Source of the DNA: Terriglobia bacterium
GTDB lineage: Bacteria > Acidobacteriota > Terriglobia > 20CM-2-55-15
Direction of reading: 5' to 3'
Assembly: GCA_965198225.1 (NCBI GenBank)
Contig: CBDAOY010000005.1
Location: 288,001 to 352,000, forward strand
DNA length: 64,000 nucleotides
This document shows, piece after piece, positions 38,429 through 47,579 of the stretch (position 1 is its first letter; each line of letters begins with the position of its first letter). The translations under genes and the position numbers were made by a program. The notes beneath the pieces are model-generated. The model was given only the letters and a program-made list of their open reading frames with translations. It was not told where the DNA came from and did no database searches.

Positions 38429-39583
38429 ATGCGTATCAAGATCGAGAAACTGGTCTATGGTGGGGCGGGCATGGCCCGGACCAATACGGGGGTCGTGTTC
38501 GTGCCGCGCACCATACCTGGGGAGTTGGTCGAGGCGGAAATCGTCGACCGCAAGAAGGACTATGCCCACGCGCGGCTGGTAGAGATACTCGAACCGTCCG
38601 AGGACCGCAGGGGTCCGTCCTGCCCGAACTTCGAGACCGTGGGATGCTGCGGCTGGGATCACATTGCCTACGAGCGACAGCGTGCTCTAAAGCAGGAGAT
38701 CCTCTTCGAGAGCCTCGCGCGGCTGGGCAAGGTCGAATTGCCCGAACCGATCGAGTGCATTCACGGTCCGGAGCGCGAGTATCGGTTGCGAGCGAGCTTC
38801 CACGTCAGGGACCGCCGGCTGGGATTCATGAAGGAGGGCACGAATGACGTCGTCGCCATCGACCGTTGCGCGGCGTTGATGCCGGAACTGAACAGCTTCA
38901 TCAGCGTGGCCTCCGAGACGCTGACCCAGCCGGGACTCGAGGGGACCGACACCGTCCGAGCCGTTGTCTCGCCCGAAAAGGGAGAGGTCGCCGCGACTTT
39001 TCTCCGGGGTCGAGAACGGGCGCGATGGACCCACCGGGATCCGACGACCACGGTCGGCGGGATAGAGTTCCGGCTGAACCCGGATACCTTTTTCCAACCC
39101 AATCGATTTCTGCTCGAGAGGTTCGTGTCCGTAGTCGTCAATGCGGCGGGGGCTCCCGATATCACACTGGACCTGTTTTGTGGGAGCGGCTTCTTCTCGC
39201 TGCCCCTGGCAAAACTGTCCTCCCGGCTGTTGGGCGTCGACCGGCGCTCGATCCGGACCGCCCAAGGGAATGCCCGTCGGAATCGAATCGCAAACGTGGA
39301 GTTCATCAAGGCGTCGGCATGGGCGTTCCTGGCGAACTCCGACATCCGACCGGACCTGGTCGTTCTGGATCCGCCGCGCTCGGGTGCCGGCCGGAATATC
39401 GTCAAGAGGGTCGCCGGCCTCAGCCCGAAGCGGGTCGTGTACGTCTCCTGCAACCCGACAACTTTCGCCCCGGAAGCACGCCTGCTGCTGGAAACGGGGT
39501 ACGCCCTCACGTCGATCACATTTATAGATGAGTTTCCCAATTCCCACCACATAGAGACCGTCGGGCTGTTTGAACGAGCATGA
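38429..39583 (+). CDS. TRAM-domain RNA (uracil-5)-methyltransferase, RlmD/TrmA family
   Basis: TRAM N-terminus, C.NFETVGCC, FFQPN, LDLFCGSG, LDPPRSG and YVSCNP.T. Confidence 0.88.
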   Translation: MRIKIEKLVYGGAGMARTNTGVVFVPRTIPGELVEAEIVDRKKDYAHARLVEILEPSEDRRGPSCPNFETVGCCGWDHIAYERQRALKQEILFESLARLGKVELPEPIECIHGPEREYRLRASFHVRDRRLGFMKEGTNDVVAIDRCAALMPELNSFISVASETLTQPGLEGTDTVRAVVSPEKGEVAATFLRGRERARWTHRDPTTTVGGIEFRLNPDTFFQPNRFLLERFVSVVVNAAGAPDITLDLFCGSGFFSLPLAKLSSRLLGVDRRSIRTAQGNARRNRIANVEFIKASAWAFLANSDIRPDLVVLDPPRSGAGRNIVKRVAGLSPKRVVYVSCNPTTFAPEARLLLETGYALTSITFIDEFPNSHHIETVGLFERA

Positions 39584-39636
39584 AGGGGCGGCCGGCGTGG
39601 TGATATAATGAAGCCGCCCCCTGCCAAGATCCCTGT

Positions 39637-42177
39637 GTGCGTTGGCACCACTATATCCTCGTGATGTTGGCGGCCACCCTAGAGTCTGCGCGGCAGAAGA
39701 AACCCGGTACCTGTGTGCTAAGTGCTGCGCACACACACATGCTGTGGTCACAATGACCCAAAATCGTTCTACCGCGCAGACTCCTAGCCGCACTGATCGT
39801 GGGCATCGTCGCTTCACCCCACCTGGATCCGTTCTTCGTCTGGCTGACCCTGATTCCGACGCTTCTGATTTCCTTCCTCCGTCCCAAATGCCTCTTGCTT
39901 GCCTTCTGTCTAATCGGAGCCGGCCATCGCGCAAACCAGGAAGTCCGGCCTCCGGTAATCTTAGATGACGGATACCCCCGGCGGGTCGTCGCCGTGCTGG
40001 AAGGACCGCCCGAATGGAGGGATCCCGGTTACCACTTCGATGTCGACATCCGGACGCTCGACGGAAGACCATGGCGGGGTCGAGCCCGACTCTCCTTTTT
40101 CCCCGACGACGACAGGCTGGACGACCTGTTCAGTAAACTGGAGTTGGGAACCGGAGACCGCGTCGAAGTCCTCACCCGACTTCGCCCTCCACGCTCCTAC
40201 CGCAATCCCGGCGTGTTCGACTACCGGCGCTACCTGGCCCGTCACGGAATATTCTGGGCTGGTTCGATCCGAAACCCCCGGTTGATTCAGGTCCTCAACG
40301 GATCCTGGCACGGTGAGGACAGATTCCGGAAGTCGGTCACCGAACGCATCGGCCGGTTCTTCGACTCTGACGAAACGATCCGGGGTCTGGTACTGGGTAT
40401 GGTGCTCGGACAGCGTCGGAGACTTCCGGCCGATGATGTCCGCCGGTTTCAGGCGGCCGGCCTGATTCACCTCCTCGTCGTGTCCGGGTTCAACCTCGCG
40501 GTCGTGGCCGCGAGTGCGCTGTGGCTCGGGCGGCGGCTTCGGTTCGGACGGTTCCAGCGAGCCGGACGATATCTCTTCGCACTCGTCGCAATCCTGACCT
40601 ACGCCGCTCTCGTCGATGGCCAGAGTCCCGTCGTGCGGGCCACGCTGATGGCATCGATCCTGATTCTAGGAAAGCTGATGGACCGTGGTTACTCCATCGG
40701 AAACGCGCTCGCGGCGAGCGCTATCCTGATTCTGATCGCGGACCCGTCGGCGCTGGAGGATCCCAGCTTCCAGCTCACATTTGCGGCGGTACTGGCCATT
40801 CAAGTACTCGGAGTGCCGCTGATTCGGTGGCGTCTCGGGTGGCTGCGGCTGGCTTTGCGGAGTTTCTCCAGGACGGAACCGGACATGGCGGTGCCGTCTG
40901 ACGTTGCCGATTGGCGTGTGTCAAGACGCCTCCGGTGTGAGTTCGGCGGATGGCCGCACACGACGATCACCCTACCGTGGACGATCCTCGCGGCGTTCGC
41001 CGAAACGGCCCTCGTCACCCTGTCGGTACAATTGGTCCTCGTCGGGTTCATGGTCGAATCTTTTAACCTGCTCTCCCCCATCACGGTCCCGCTCAACGTG
41101 GTAGGCGCGGTCGTCGCCGCTGTCATCACGCCGCTCGGTCTTCTCCTGATCCTCCTGCCCCACTTCGCGGGTCTTATCGTCGCCGGACTCATGTCTGCGC
41201 TGCTCCATTTCCTGATCTTGTCGGTCGATCTGGGCCTGCGAGTCCCAGGAGCCAGTTTTCGGGTACCGTCCCCTCCCGGCGAGGTCTGGGCAATCTACGC
41301 CCTGACCGTTCTCTCGTTCATGTTCTCCATCCGACGACGCTCGCCCCGGGCGGCGCTGTTGAGCCTGGCAGCTGCCTACACTCTGCAGGCTTTGATCGTC
41401 GGCGCGGATTTCGACCCGGTTCCGCCGCGACACGCCACCTTGACCTTCCTGGACGTCGGCCAGGGGGATTCGAGTCTGGTCGAACTCACCGATGGCACGC
41501 GCGTTCTCATCGACGGAGGGGGTTCCACCACGGCACGCTACCGGTCAGCTGAGGGCCACGGGACGTTTTCTGTGGGAGAAGACGTCCTGACGCCCTACCT
41601 CTTCTCGCGCGGCATTCGCCGCCTGGACGTCGTCGCGCTGACCCACGCCCACCAAGATCACATGGGCGGTCTGTTCGATCTGATCCGGAATTTCCGGATT
41701 GGTGAGATCTGGCTCGGGCGGAACCCCATGACGGCGCGCTACCGCGAGTTGTTGCAGGAGGTGTATGAACACCAGATTCCCATCCGCTGGCTTCGGGCGG
41801 ACGATCGAATCAAAGGTTTCGAAGTGTTGAACCCGCCGCGGGACTGGAAAGCGGCCGGCAGGGTAAAGAATGACGACTCGCTCGTCTTGCTCTTGAGAAC
41901 CGAGGACGGGTCTGCGCTATTGACCGGGTATCTCGAACGTTCCATTCCGGCACCGGACTTCGTAGAAGTGCTCAAAGTGCCGCACCATGGCAGCAAGAAC
42001 ACAAACCTCCGGGTTCGTGCGCAACTACCGGTCATCTCCGTCGGAGCCAACAACCCGTTCAGACACCCCCACCCGACCAAGCTGCCGGCCCTCCGCACCG
42101 ACATCCTGGGAGCCATCCAGGTCGTGCTGACCCCGGACGGCCCCGTCGTATCGTTCCCTGGGCTGAAGGAAGAATAA
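39637..42177 (+). CDS. comEC: ComEC/Rec2 competence protein, with its 5' end interrupted by a MITE
   Basis: PRSYRNPGVFDY, HLLVVSGFN, RATLMA, SFQLTF, FLDVGQGDS and THAHQDHMGG. The native start is probably GTG 39637; an alternative GTG is at 39799. Confidence 0.85.
39682..39783. mobile_element. MITE (102 bp) sharing TIRs with the IS1182 element
   Basis: GAGTCTGCGCGGCAGAA...TTCTACCGCGCAGACTC, with CTA duplicated at 39679 and 39784. Confidence 0.85.
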
Positions 42178-42340
42178 CCACGGAGGCACAGAGGTCTTGG
42201 AGGGTAGGGTCGTTCACCGACTTTTCTGCTGTAGTGAACACCCGGGGACAGGGCCAGGCCCCTGTCCCCCTCACGTCCGTTCTCTCACGGCACCGTACGC
42301 GCACCGAAAAACCTCCGTGCCTTCGTGTCTCCGTGGTTAA
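42175..42340. repeat. Family A element carrying an internal GGGGACAGGG..CCCTGTCCCC palindrome
   Basis: Arms TAACCACGGAGGCACAGAGG and CCTCCGTGCCTTCGTGTCTCCGTGGTTAA. The interior is homologous to 63066-63146. Confidence 0.8.
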
Positions 42341-42362
42341 TCCCCTGCCGAGCCAATGCGGG

Positions 42363-42391
42363 TTGACTCGGTTTCAGCTCTTGTGTAACCT
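42363..42391 (+). promoter_or_regulatory. Putative sigma70 promoter
   Basis: TTGACT-17 bp-TAACCT upstream of the LysM transglycosylase gene. Confidence 0.45.
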
Positions 42392-42486
42392 AACTTGTTG
42401 CAGGACGGCCACTAAGCGATGAAACACTCGCTTGCCGAGCCCGCCTGACCGGTCCCGCGCCAAGTACTCAACCGCGACATCTGGGG

Positions 42487-44331
42487 GTGTCTTCCTTGGT
42501 TCCTTACCACCGCATTCCTGCTCTCTCACTGATTATTGCGCTCTCGCTCGTCTCGGCGTGTTCGGGGACGAGGCGATCGTCCGCACGTCCGGTGCCGCCC
42601 CCACCGGTCGAGACCGCGAAAGCGGACACGCAGCCGCAGCCGGCCCCGAGGGATTCGCGAGTTGGTCCCGCCTCCGAAGTCCTTGTCCGGGCGGAAGCGC
42701 TCGAGTCGCGAGGAGCGGACTTGCTCCGGGCCGGGTTCGTCGAACGAGCCCGCGAGGAATTCGAGGCGGCCCTCGGTCTGCTCCGGGACTATTCGAGGCA
42801 AGCTCCCGGCAACTTCCGGATCGAACGGGAGATTGATTTTCTGCAAGTCCGAATCGCGACGCTGGAGACCGCTCAGAGGACCGAACGAGCCGCTATCGAC
42901 GACCTCGCGGGCATCGAGGCCTCCTCCGAAAACCTTGATCCCGGGCTGCGAGCTCGGGCGCGGACCGATGTCGAGGAAACGACCTACGATTTCCCCGTCG
43001 AGATCAACGACCGCGTGCTGTCGATGCTGGATTACTACACCGCGGGACGGGGTCGGAGCACCATCGAAGCCGGCCTCGAGCGAATCGGGCTCTACCGCTC
43101 GCTGATCGAGCGGATATTCGCGGAAGAAGGGGTGCCCCTGGACTTGATCTACCTGGCTCAGGCGGAGAGCGTCTTCAAGCCCAAGGCGCTCTCCAGCGCC
43201 AAGGCAAAGGGGATGTGGCAGTTCATATCGTCGCGTGGGAAGGAATACGGCCTGCGGCAGAACTGGTGGATCGATGAGCGATCAGACCCGCAGAAATCGA
43301 CGCGGGCAGCCGCGCGACACCTGAAGGATCTCTACGACCAGTTCGGGGACTGGTACCTTGCGATGGCGGCGTACAACTCGGGACCCGCCCGCGTCAGCCG
43401 GGCGATGAGACAGGCTGGTGCGTCCGACTTCTGGACCCTGTCGGAGCAGCGCCGGCTTCCTCGGGAAACGAGAAACTACGTCCCGACCATCATCGCGATG
43501 ACTATCATCGGGAAGCATCCGGACCGCTACGGGTTCGATGTCATCCCGGCCGAAAGCATCGATGCCGAGCGCGTCCGGGTCAACCTGGCAACGGACCTTC
43601 GGGTCATCGCTGATTATCTGGACCTGCCGCTGGAGCGGATACAGGAACTCAACCCCCATGTTCTGCGTTGGGCTACACCTCCCGGCGACAGTGAATTCGA
43701 ACTGAACCTGCCGATAGGGTACGGCAAGCCCTACTTCGCGAAGGTGGCCGGGTTAGCCGAGGAGAAACGCATCCTTTTCCGCCATCACATCGTCAGCAGC
43801 GGGGAAACCCTTTCCCACATCGCGCTGCGGTACGGCATTTCGGTGGGGGCGATCACCGACGCGAACAAGATCTCGGAACGACGGATCATCAGGATTGGTC
43901 AGTCCCTGGTGATTCCGATCAGTGGTCTGCCCGTCCCGGCTAACGCTTTCACGAGGGTTTCGCCGCCTGATCGGATCGCGGCTCCCCCGTCCACCCTCTA
44001 CCGAATAAGGAGGGGCGATACCCTGTCTGAGATCGCGGAAAGGTACGGCATTCCCATCGCGGACATCAGAGCTTGGAACGACATGTCTTCCAACCGGCTG
44101 ATCGCAGGCCGCACCCTGCGACTTGCTCCACAGCCGGCCATCGTCACGGGGTCCAAGGTTTCGGCTGAAGGGACCCGCAGAGTGGTCTACCTTGTCCGCC
44201 CGGGCGACACACTCAGTGGGATCGCGTCGTCGCACAACACCTCGGTGGCCGAAATCCGGGAGTGGAATCGAGAATCCGACCTCTCCATCATCCGTCCTGG
44301 AGATCCGATTACAATCTATAGAAAACGATGA
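42487..44331 (+). CDS. MltD-like lytic transglycosylase lipoprotein with LysM domains
   Basis: Lipobox VSAC, AQAES, AKGMWQF, AAYNSG, ETRNYVP and three LysM repeats (GETLSHIA, GDTLSEIA, GDTLSGIA). Confidence 0.9.
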   Translation: MSSLVPYHRIPALSLIIALSLVSACSGTRRSSARPVPPPPVETAKADTQPQPAPRDSRVGPASEVLVRAEALESRGADLLRAGFVERAREEFEAALGLLRDYSRQAPGNFRIEREIDFLQVRIATLETAQRTERAAIDDLAGIEASSENLDPGLRARARTDVEETTYDFPVEINDRVLSMLDYYTAGRGRSTIEAGLERIGLYRSLIERIFAEEGVPLDLIYLAQAESVFKPKALSSAKAKGMWQFISSRGKEYGLRQNWWIDERSDPQKSTRAAARHLKDLYDQFGDWYLAMAAYNSGPARVSRAMRQAGASDFWTLSEQRRLPRETRNYVPTIIAMTIIGKHPDRYGFDVIPAESIDAERVRVNLATDLRVIADYLDLPLERIQELNPHVLRWATPPGDSEFELNLPIGYGKPYFAKVAGLAEEKRILFRHHIVSSGETLSHIALRYGISVGAITDANKISERRIIRIGQSLVIPISGLPVPANAFTRVSPPDRIAAPPSTLYRIRRGDTLSEIAERYGIPIADIRAWNDMSSNRLIAGRTLRLAPQPAIVTGSKVSAEGTRRVVYLVRPGDTLSGIASSHNTSVAEIREWNRESDLSIIRPGDPITIYRKR

Positions 44332-44564
44332 GCGCCCGCACGATCGCCGGTGTCATTAGTTCATAGAGGTGGGTGCCACCCCGACTCTCCGGGCTCGCGC
44401 GTGCTGACAGCCTTTAGATATAATGGTTTAGAGGCCTGCCCTGGCGTTCCGGCCGGACTCCAGGGGGCCGTGGCGATGGCGAGGGGACCCCGCAATGGAC
44501 GTTGGTCCGATACCGCCTGATCCCGGGCAGGAAAACTTTGTAATTTTTCTGTAATTTCTCATTT

Positions 44565-44587
44565 AACCTTTCTCGATCAGGGGCGTC
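44565..44587 (+). promoter_or_regulatory. Putative ECF-sigma (autoregulatory) promoter
   Basis: AAC-16 bp-CGTC lies 14 bp upstream of the ECF sigma ATG. Confidence 0.5.
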
Positions 44588-44601
44588 AAAACTACCTGAT
44601 C

Positions 44602-45225
44602 ATGGACACACTTACCTTGAAGAGGGCTCCGCGGCGCGAGGGGAATTCGGAAGAAGAGCGGCTTCTGGTCCAGCAGGCCCAGAGCGGCGATCGTGAAGCT
44701 TTCGAACAGTTGGTTTACCGCCACGACCGTGATATCTTGCGCCTAGCATTTCATATGCTTGGCAATCGGGAGGAGGCTCAGGACGTCTTCCAGGAGACGT
44801 TTCTCAAGGCTTATCGCTCCCTGGCGCGATTTCGCTCTGATTCCAGTTTTTACACCTGGATTTACCGGATCGCGACCAACGTGGCCCTGGATCGTCTCCG
44901 CAAGCGGCAAACGTTACGCGAGGAGATTTCCTACGAAGCCGACACTGCGGCCAATCCCGACCGCCCGGCTCTCAAGGACACGCTGGAAGAAAAAAGCTAC
45001 TACAGCAATCCCGAGCGTCGCCTCTACGGTCGAGAGGTCGGCGCAAAGATTCAGGAGGCCCTCAAAACACTCTCCGAAAAGGAAAGACTGGTCTTCGAGT
45101 TGAGGCATTACCAGGGATTGAGACTAAGAATGATCGGGGAGATCATGGGAAGCACCGAGGAAACTGCGAAGAACTACCTGTTCCGGGCAACCCAGAAACT
45201 CCGTGCTTATCTGTCCCGGATTTGA
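44602..45225 (+). CDS. ECF RNA polymerase sigma factor
   Basis: GDREAFEQLV, DVFQETFLKAY, FYTWIYRIATN and a region 4 HTH. Confidence 0.92.
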   Translation: MDTLTLKRAPRREGNSEEERLLVQQAQSGDREAFEQLVYRHDRDILRLAFHMLGNREEAQDVFQETFLKAYRSLARFRSDSSFYTWIYRIATNVALDRLRKRQTLREEISYEADTAANPDRPALKDTLEEKSYYSNPERRLYGREVGAKIQEALKTLSEKERLVFELRHYQGLRLRMIGEIMGSTEETAKNYLFRATQKLRAYLSRI

Positions 45226-45230
45226 AGAGC

Positions 45231-46157
45231 ATGAACTGTCTAGACCGCGAACACGATATCGTCCTCTTTCTTTACGACGAATTGCCGGAAGGACGGCGAA
45301 GCGAGCTCCGCGCTCACATGGACACTTGTGAGTCCTGCCAGCGCTTCCATGAGAATGAGAAACAGCTGCATTTCAGCCTGACCGAAGACTTCTCCGACTG
45401 GGAAGTTCCCTCCGACCTTCTGGTCGAGTCTCGACGAACGCTGTCGGAGGAATTGGATCGGATCGACGCGCGCCGCTCGTGGTGGCACCTGCCGTCGATG
45501 GCGCCGGTCTTCTCTCGCATGCGCCTGCTGGAATCCGCGGCGCTGGTTTCGATCGGACTGGCGCTAGGCGTTTACGTCATGGCTCAGCGCCCGGCCGCTC
45601 CGTCCCTTCCTCCCCCAACCCAGCAAGTCCTGGTCAACCCGATCCCGCAGAATGCCTCAGTTTCCAACCTCCGAATCATCGATTCCGACCTCTCAACCGG
45701 CCAGATTCAACTCGCCGGCGAGATGGTTCAGCCGATGCAGCTGCAGGGCAACCTGCGGGATGAAAACGTTCGGCGCCTCCTCTTCGGTGCTCTGCAATCG
45801 AGAAGCAACCCCGGGTTCCGGCTGCGGGCCGTCGAGCTGCTGGCCCAGGATCCACGTGATGCCAGCGTGAAAGATGTATTGATCGGCGCTCTGTTGAACG
45901 ACGAGAACGCCGGAGTACGGCTCTACGCTCTGCAGGGCTTGAAAGAATTTGCTTCCGACGAAGACGTCCGCCGGGCCCTGATCTATGCGCTCGAAAACGA
46001 CGGCAATGCGGGGGTTCGCGTCGAGGCAATCGAGGCTTTGATGCCGCTGACCCAGGATGAAGGCATGGGAGAGATCATCCAGGCAGCGACGCGAGAAGAC
46101 GAGAACGCATACGTCCGGATGAAGGCGTTGCAGTTCGTGGGGACGGGTAACCAATGA
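45231..46157 (+). CDS. Anti-sigma factor (zf-HC2 domain, TM segment, HEAT repeats)
   Basis: HMDTCESC zinc motif, one TM segment and repeated DxNxGVR..A HEAT-like units. Confidence 0.8.
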   Translation: MNCLDREHDIVLFLYDELPEGRRSELRAHMDTCESCQRFHENEKQLHFSLTEDFSDWEVPSDLLVESRRTLSEELDRIDARRSWWHLPSMAPVFSRMRLLESAALVSIGLALGVYVMAQRPAAPSLPPPTQQVLVNPIPQNASVSNLRIIDSDLSTGQIQLAGEMVQPMQLQGNLRDENVRRLLFGALQSRSNPGFRLRAVELLAQDPRDASVKDVLIGALLNDENAGVRLYALQGLKEFASDEDVRRALIYALENDGNAGVRVEAIEALMPLTQDEGMGEIIQAATREDENAYVRMKALQFVGTGNQ

Positions 46158-47296
46158 AGATCGGTTTGAAGCGTTCTGTCTGGCGCACCTCCCAGGTCAT
46201 AGTTTCGATTCTCGCCCTCCAGTCCCTGGCTCTCGCCCGATGCCCGATCCCGGAAAACGGATCCCTGTTCGTTCGAGCACCGCTGGGTAACCTGTTGATC
46301 GACACTTCCGCGTCCGGGTTTGTCGAGGTCGAAGTCTCGAACTCGGCTATTGAAGTCGAGGAGAACTGTTTCGAAGATCACGTCGAAGTGGGCGGCACGG
46401 CTCCGGCCCAGTTTTACGGACCCGTCGACTGGCAGATCCTGGTGCCCGGTTCCGTCGACCTTGATCTCATCACCTTCGCCGGAGGCATTCGGGTCTCGAC
46501 TACCGCAGGGAACGTCACTCTGCGCACCACGGGGGGTTCAGTCGTCACGGGGAACATCGGAGGGACGGCTGCCATGATCACCCAGGGCGGCTCGATCCTC
46601 GTCGGTAACATCGGCGGCGATGCGGAGCTGAGAAGCCTGGGTGGACAGATCGAGATCGGCGACGTCACCGGGAACGCGGAGTTGGAAACGCTGGGCGGTC
46701 CGATCACGACGGGAACCATCGCGGGGCAGGTCCGCGCAGAAACGGCCGGCGGAACGATCAGAATCTCGGAAAGCCAGGGGGATCTCAACGCCGTGACACT
46801 GGCCGGTGATATCGTCATCGGAACCGCGAGCCGTACGACCGTTCAGACGGCCGGTGGAAACATCATCGGACTGGTGATTCATGGCCCGTTCCAGGGTTTT
46901 ACCGAGCTGGGGAACATCCGGCTCGATCGGGCCGAGGCTTCCGTCGAAGCAACGTCCGGCATGGGAGACATCCAGGCTCAACTGGCGCCAACTTCCTTCG
47001 ATGGGGATCTCCATGTCACGCTGAGGACGACCTCAGGCAACATCCGCCTCGACATTCCCGAGAACCTCCCGGCCGACATCGAGGCTGTCGTCGACCGCTT
47101 GATCGTCCAGGAGCAGCGCATCCGCTCCGATTTTCCGCTCCGTAACGTCGGTTCAAACAGCAACACCACGACCTTCGGCCAGCGCTTTACGGTCGCCCCG
47201 GTCATACGGAACACCACTGTCCTGAACGGCGGCGGCAACCCGATCAAAGTCCAGACATCCCGGGGCACCATCGAGATCCGCCGAATCCGCCAGTAA
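46154..47296 (+). CDS. DUF4097-like beta-strand repeat protein (exported)
   Basis: Signal peptide followed by repeated TxGGxI units. Confidence 0.75.
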   Translation: MKIGLKRSVWRTSQVIVSILALQSLALARCPIPENGSLFVRAPLGNLLIDTSASGFVEVEVSNSAIEVEENCFEDHVEVGGTAPAQFYGPVDWQILVPGSVDLDLITFAGGIRVSTTAGNVTLRTTGGSVVTGNIGGTAAMITQGGSILVGNIGGDAELRSLGGQIEIGDVTGNAELETLGGPITTGTIAGQVRAETAGGTIRISESQGDLNAVTLAGDIVIGTASRTTVQTAGGNIIGLVIHGPFQGFTELGNIRLDRAEASVEATSGMGDIQAQLAPTSFDGDLHVTLRTTSGNIRLDIPENLPADIEAVVDRLIVQEQRIRSDFPLRNVGSNSNTTTFGQRFTVAPVIRNTTVLNGGGNPIKVQTSRGTIEIRRIRQ

Positions 47297-47336
47297 CACC
47301 TGTCCCGTCCGTCAACACTAAATCCAAGACCGTTTT

Positions 47337-47410
47337 AACCACGGAGGCACGGAGATTCTGATGTCGGGAGAATTGTGTCAATGAACTCCGGGCCTCCGCG
47401 TTTCTGTCGT
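47337..47410. repeat. Family A element (degenerate, empty)
   Basis: AACCACGGAG-GCACGGAG...CTCCGGGC-CTCCGCGT-TTCTGTCGT. Confidence 0.65.
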
Positions 47411-47500
47411 CAAGGCGAATCTTGGATTTGGCGCCCGCGCTACGGGAACCGACGCCGGCCGTAGTGGCACAACCAAACTACGGCAAAACAACTTTTTCCA

Positions 47501-47560
47501 GCCACAGAGGCACGGAGGCCATTGACTCAAAGACTCCGTGCCTTTGTGCCTCCGTGGTTA
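47501..47560. repeat. Family A element (empty)
   Basis: GCCACAGAG-GCACGGAG...CTCCGTGC-CTTTGTGC-CTCCGTGGTTA. Confidence 0.8.
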
Positions 47561-47579
47561 ATTCCTTCTATTGCCTCGG

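Noticed and set aside
44470-44525. Fluoride riboswitch suggested by GGCGATGG...ACCGCC..TGAT
   Set aside because: Pairing and spacing do not fit the compact consensus, and the downstream gene is not fluoride-related.
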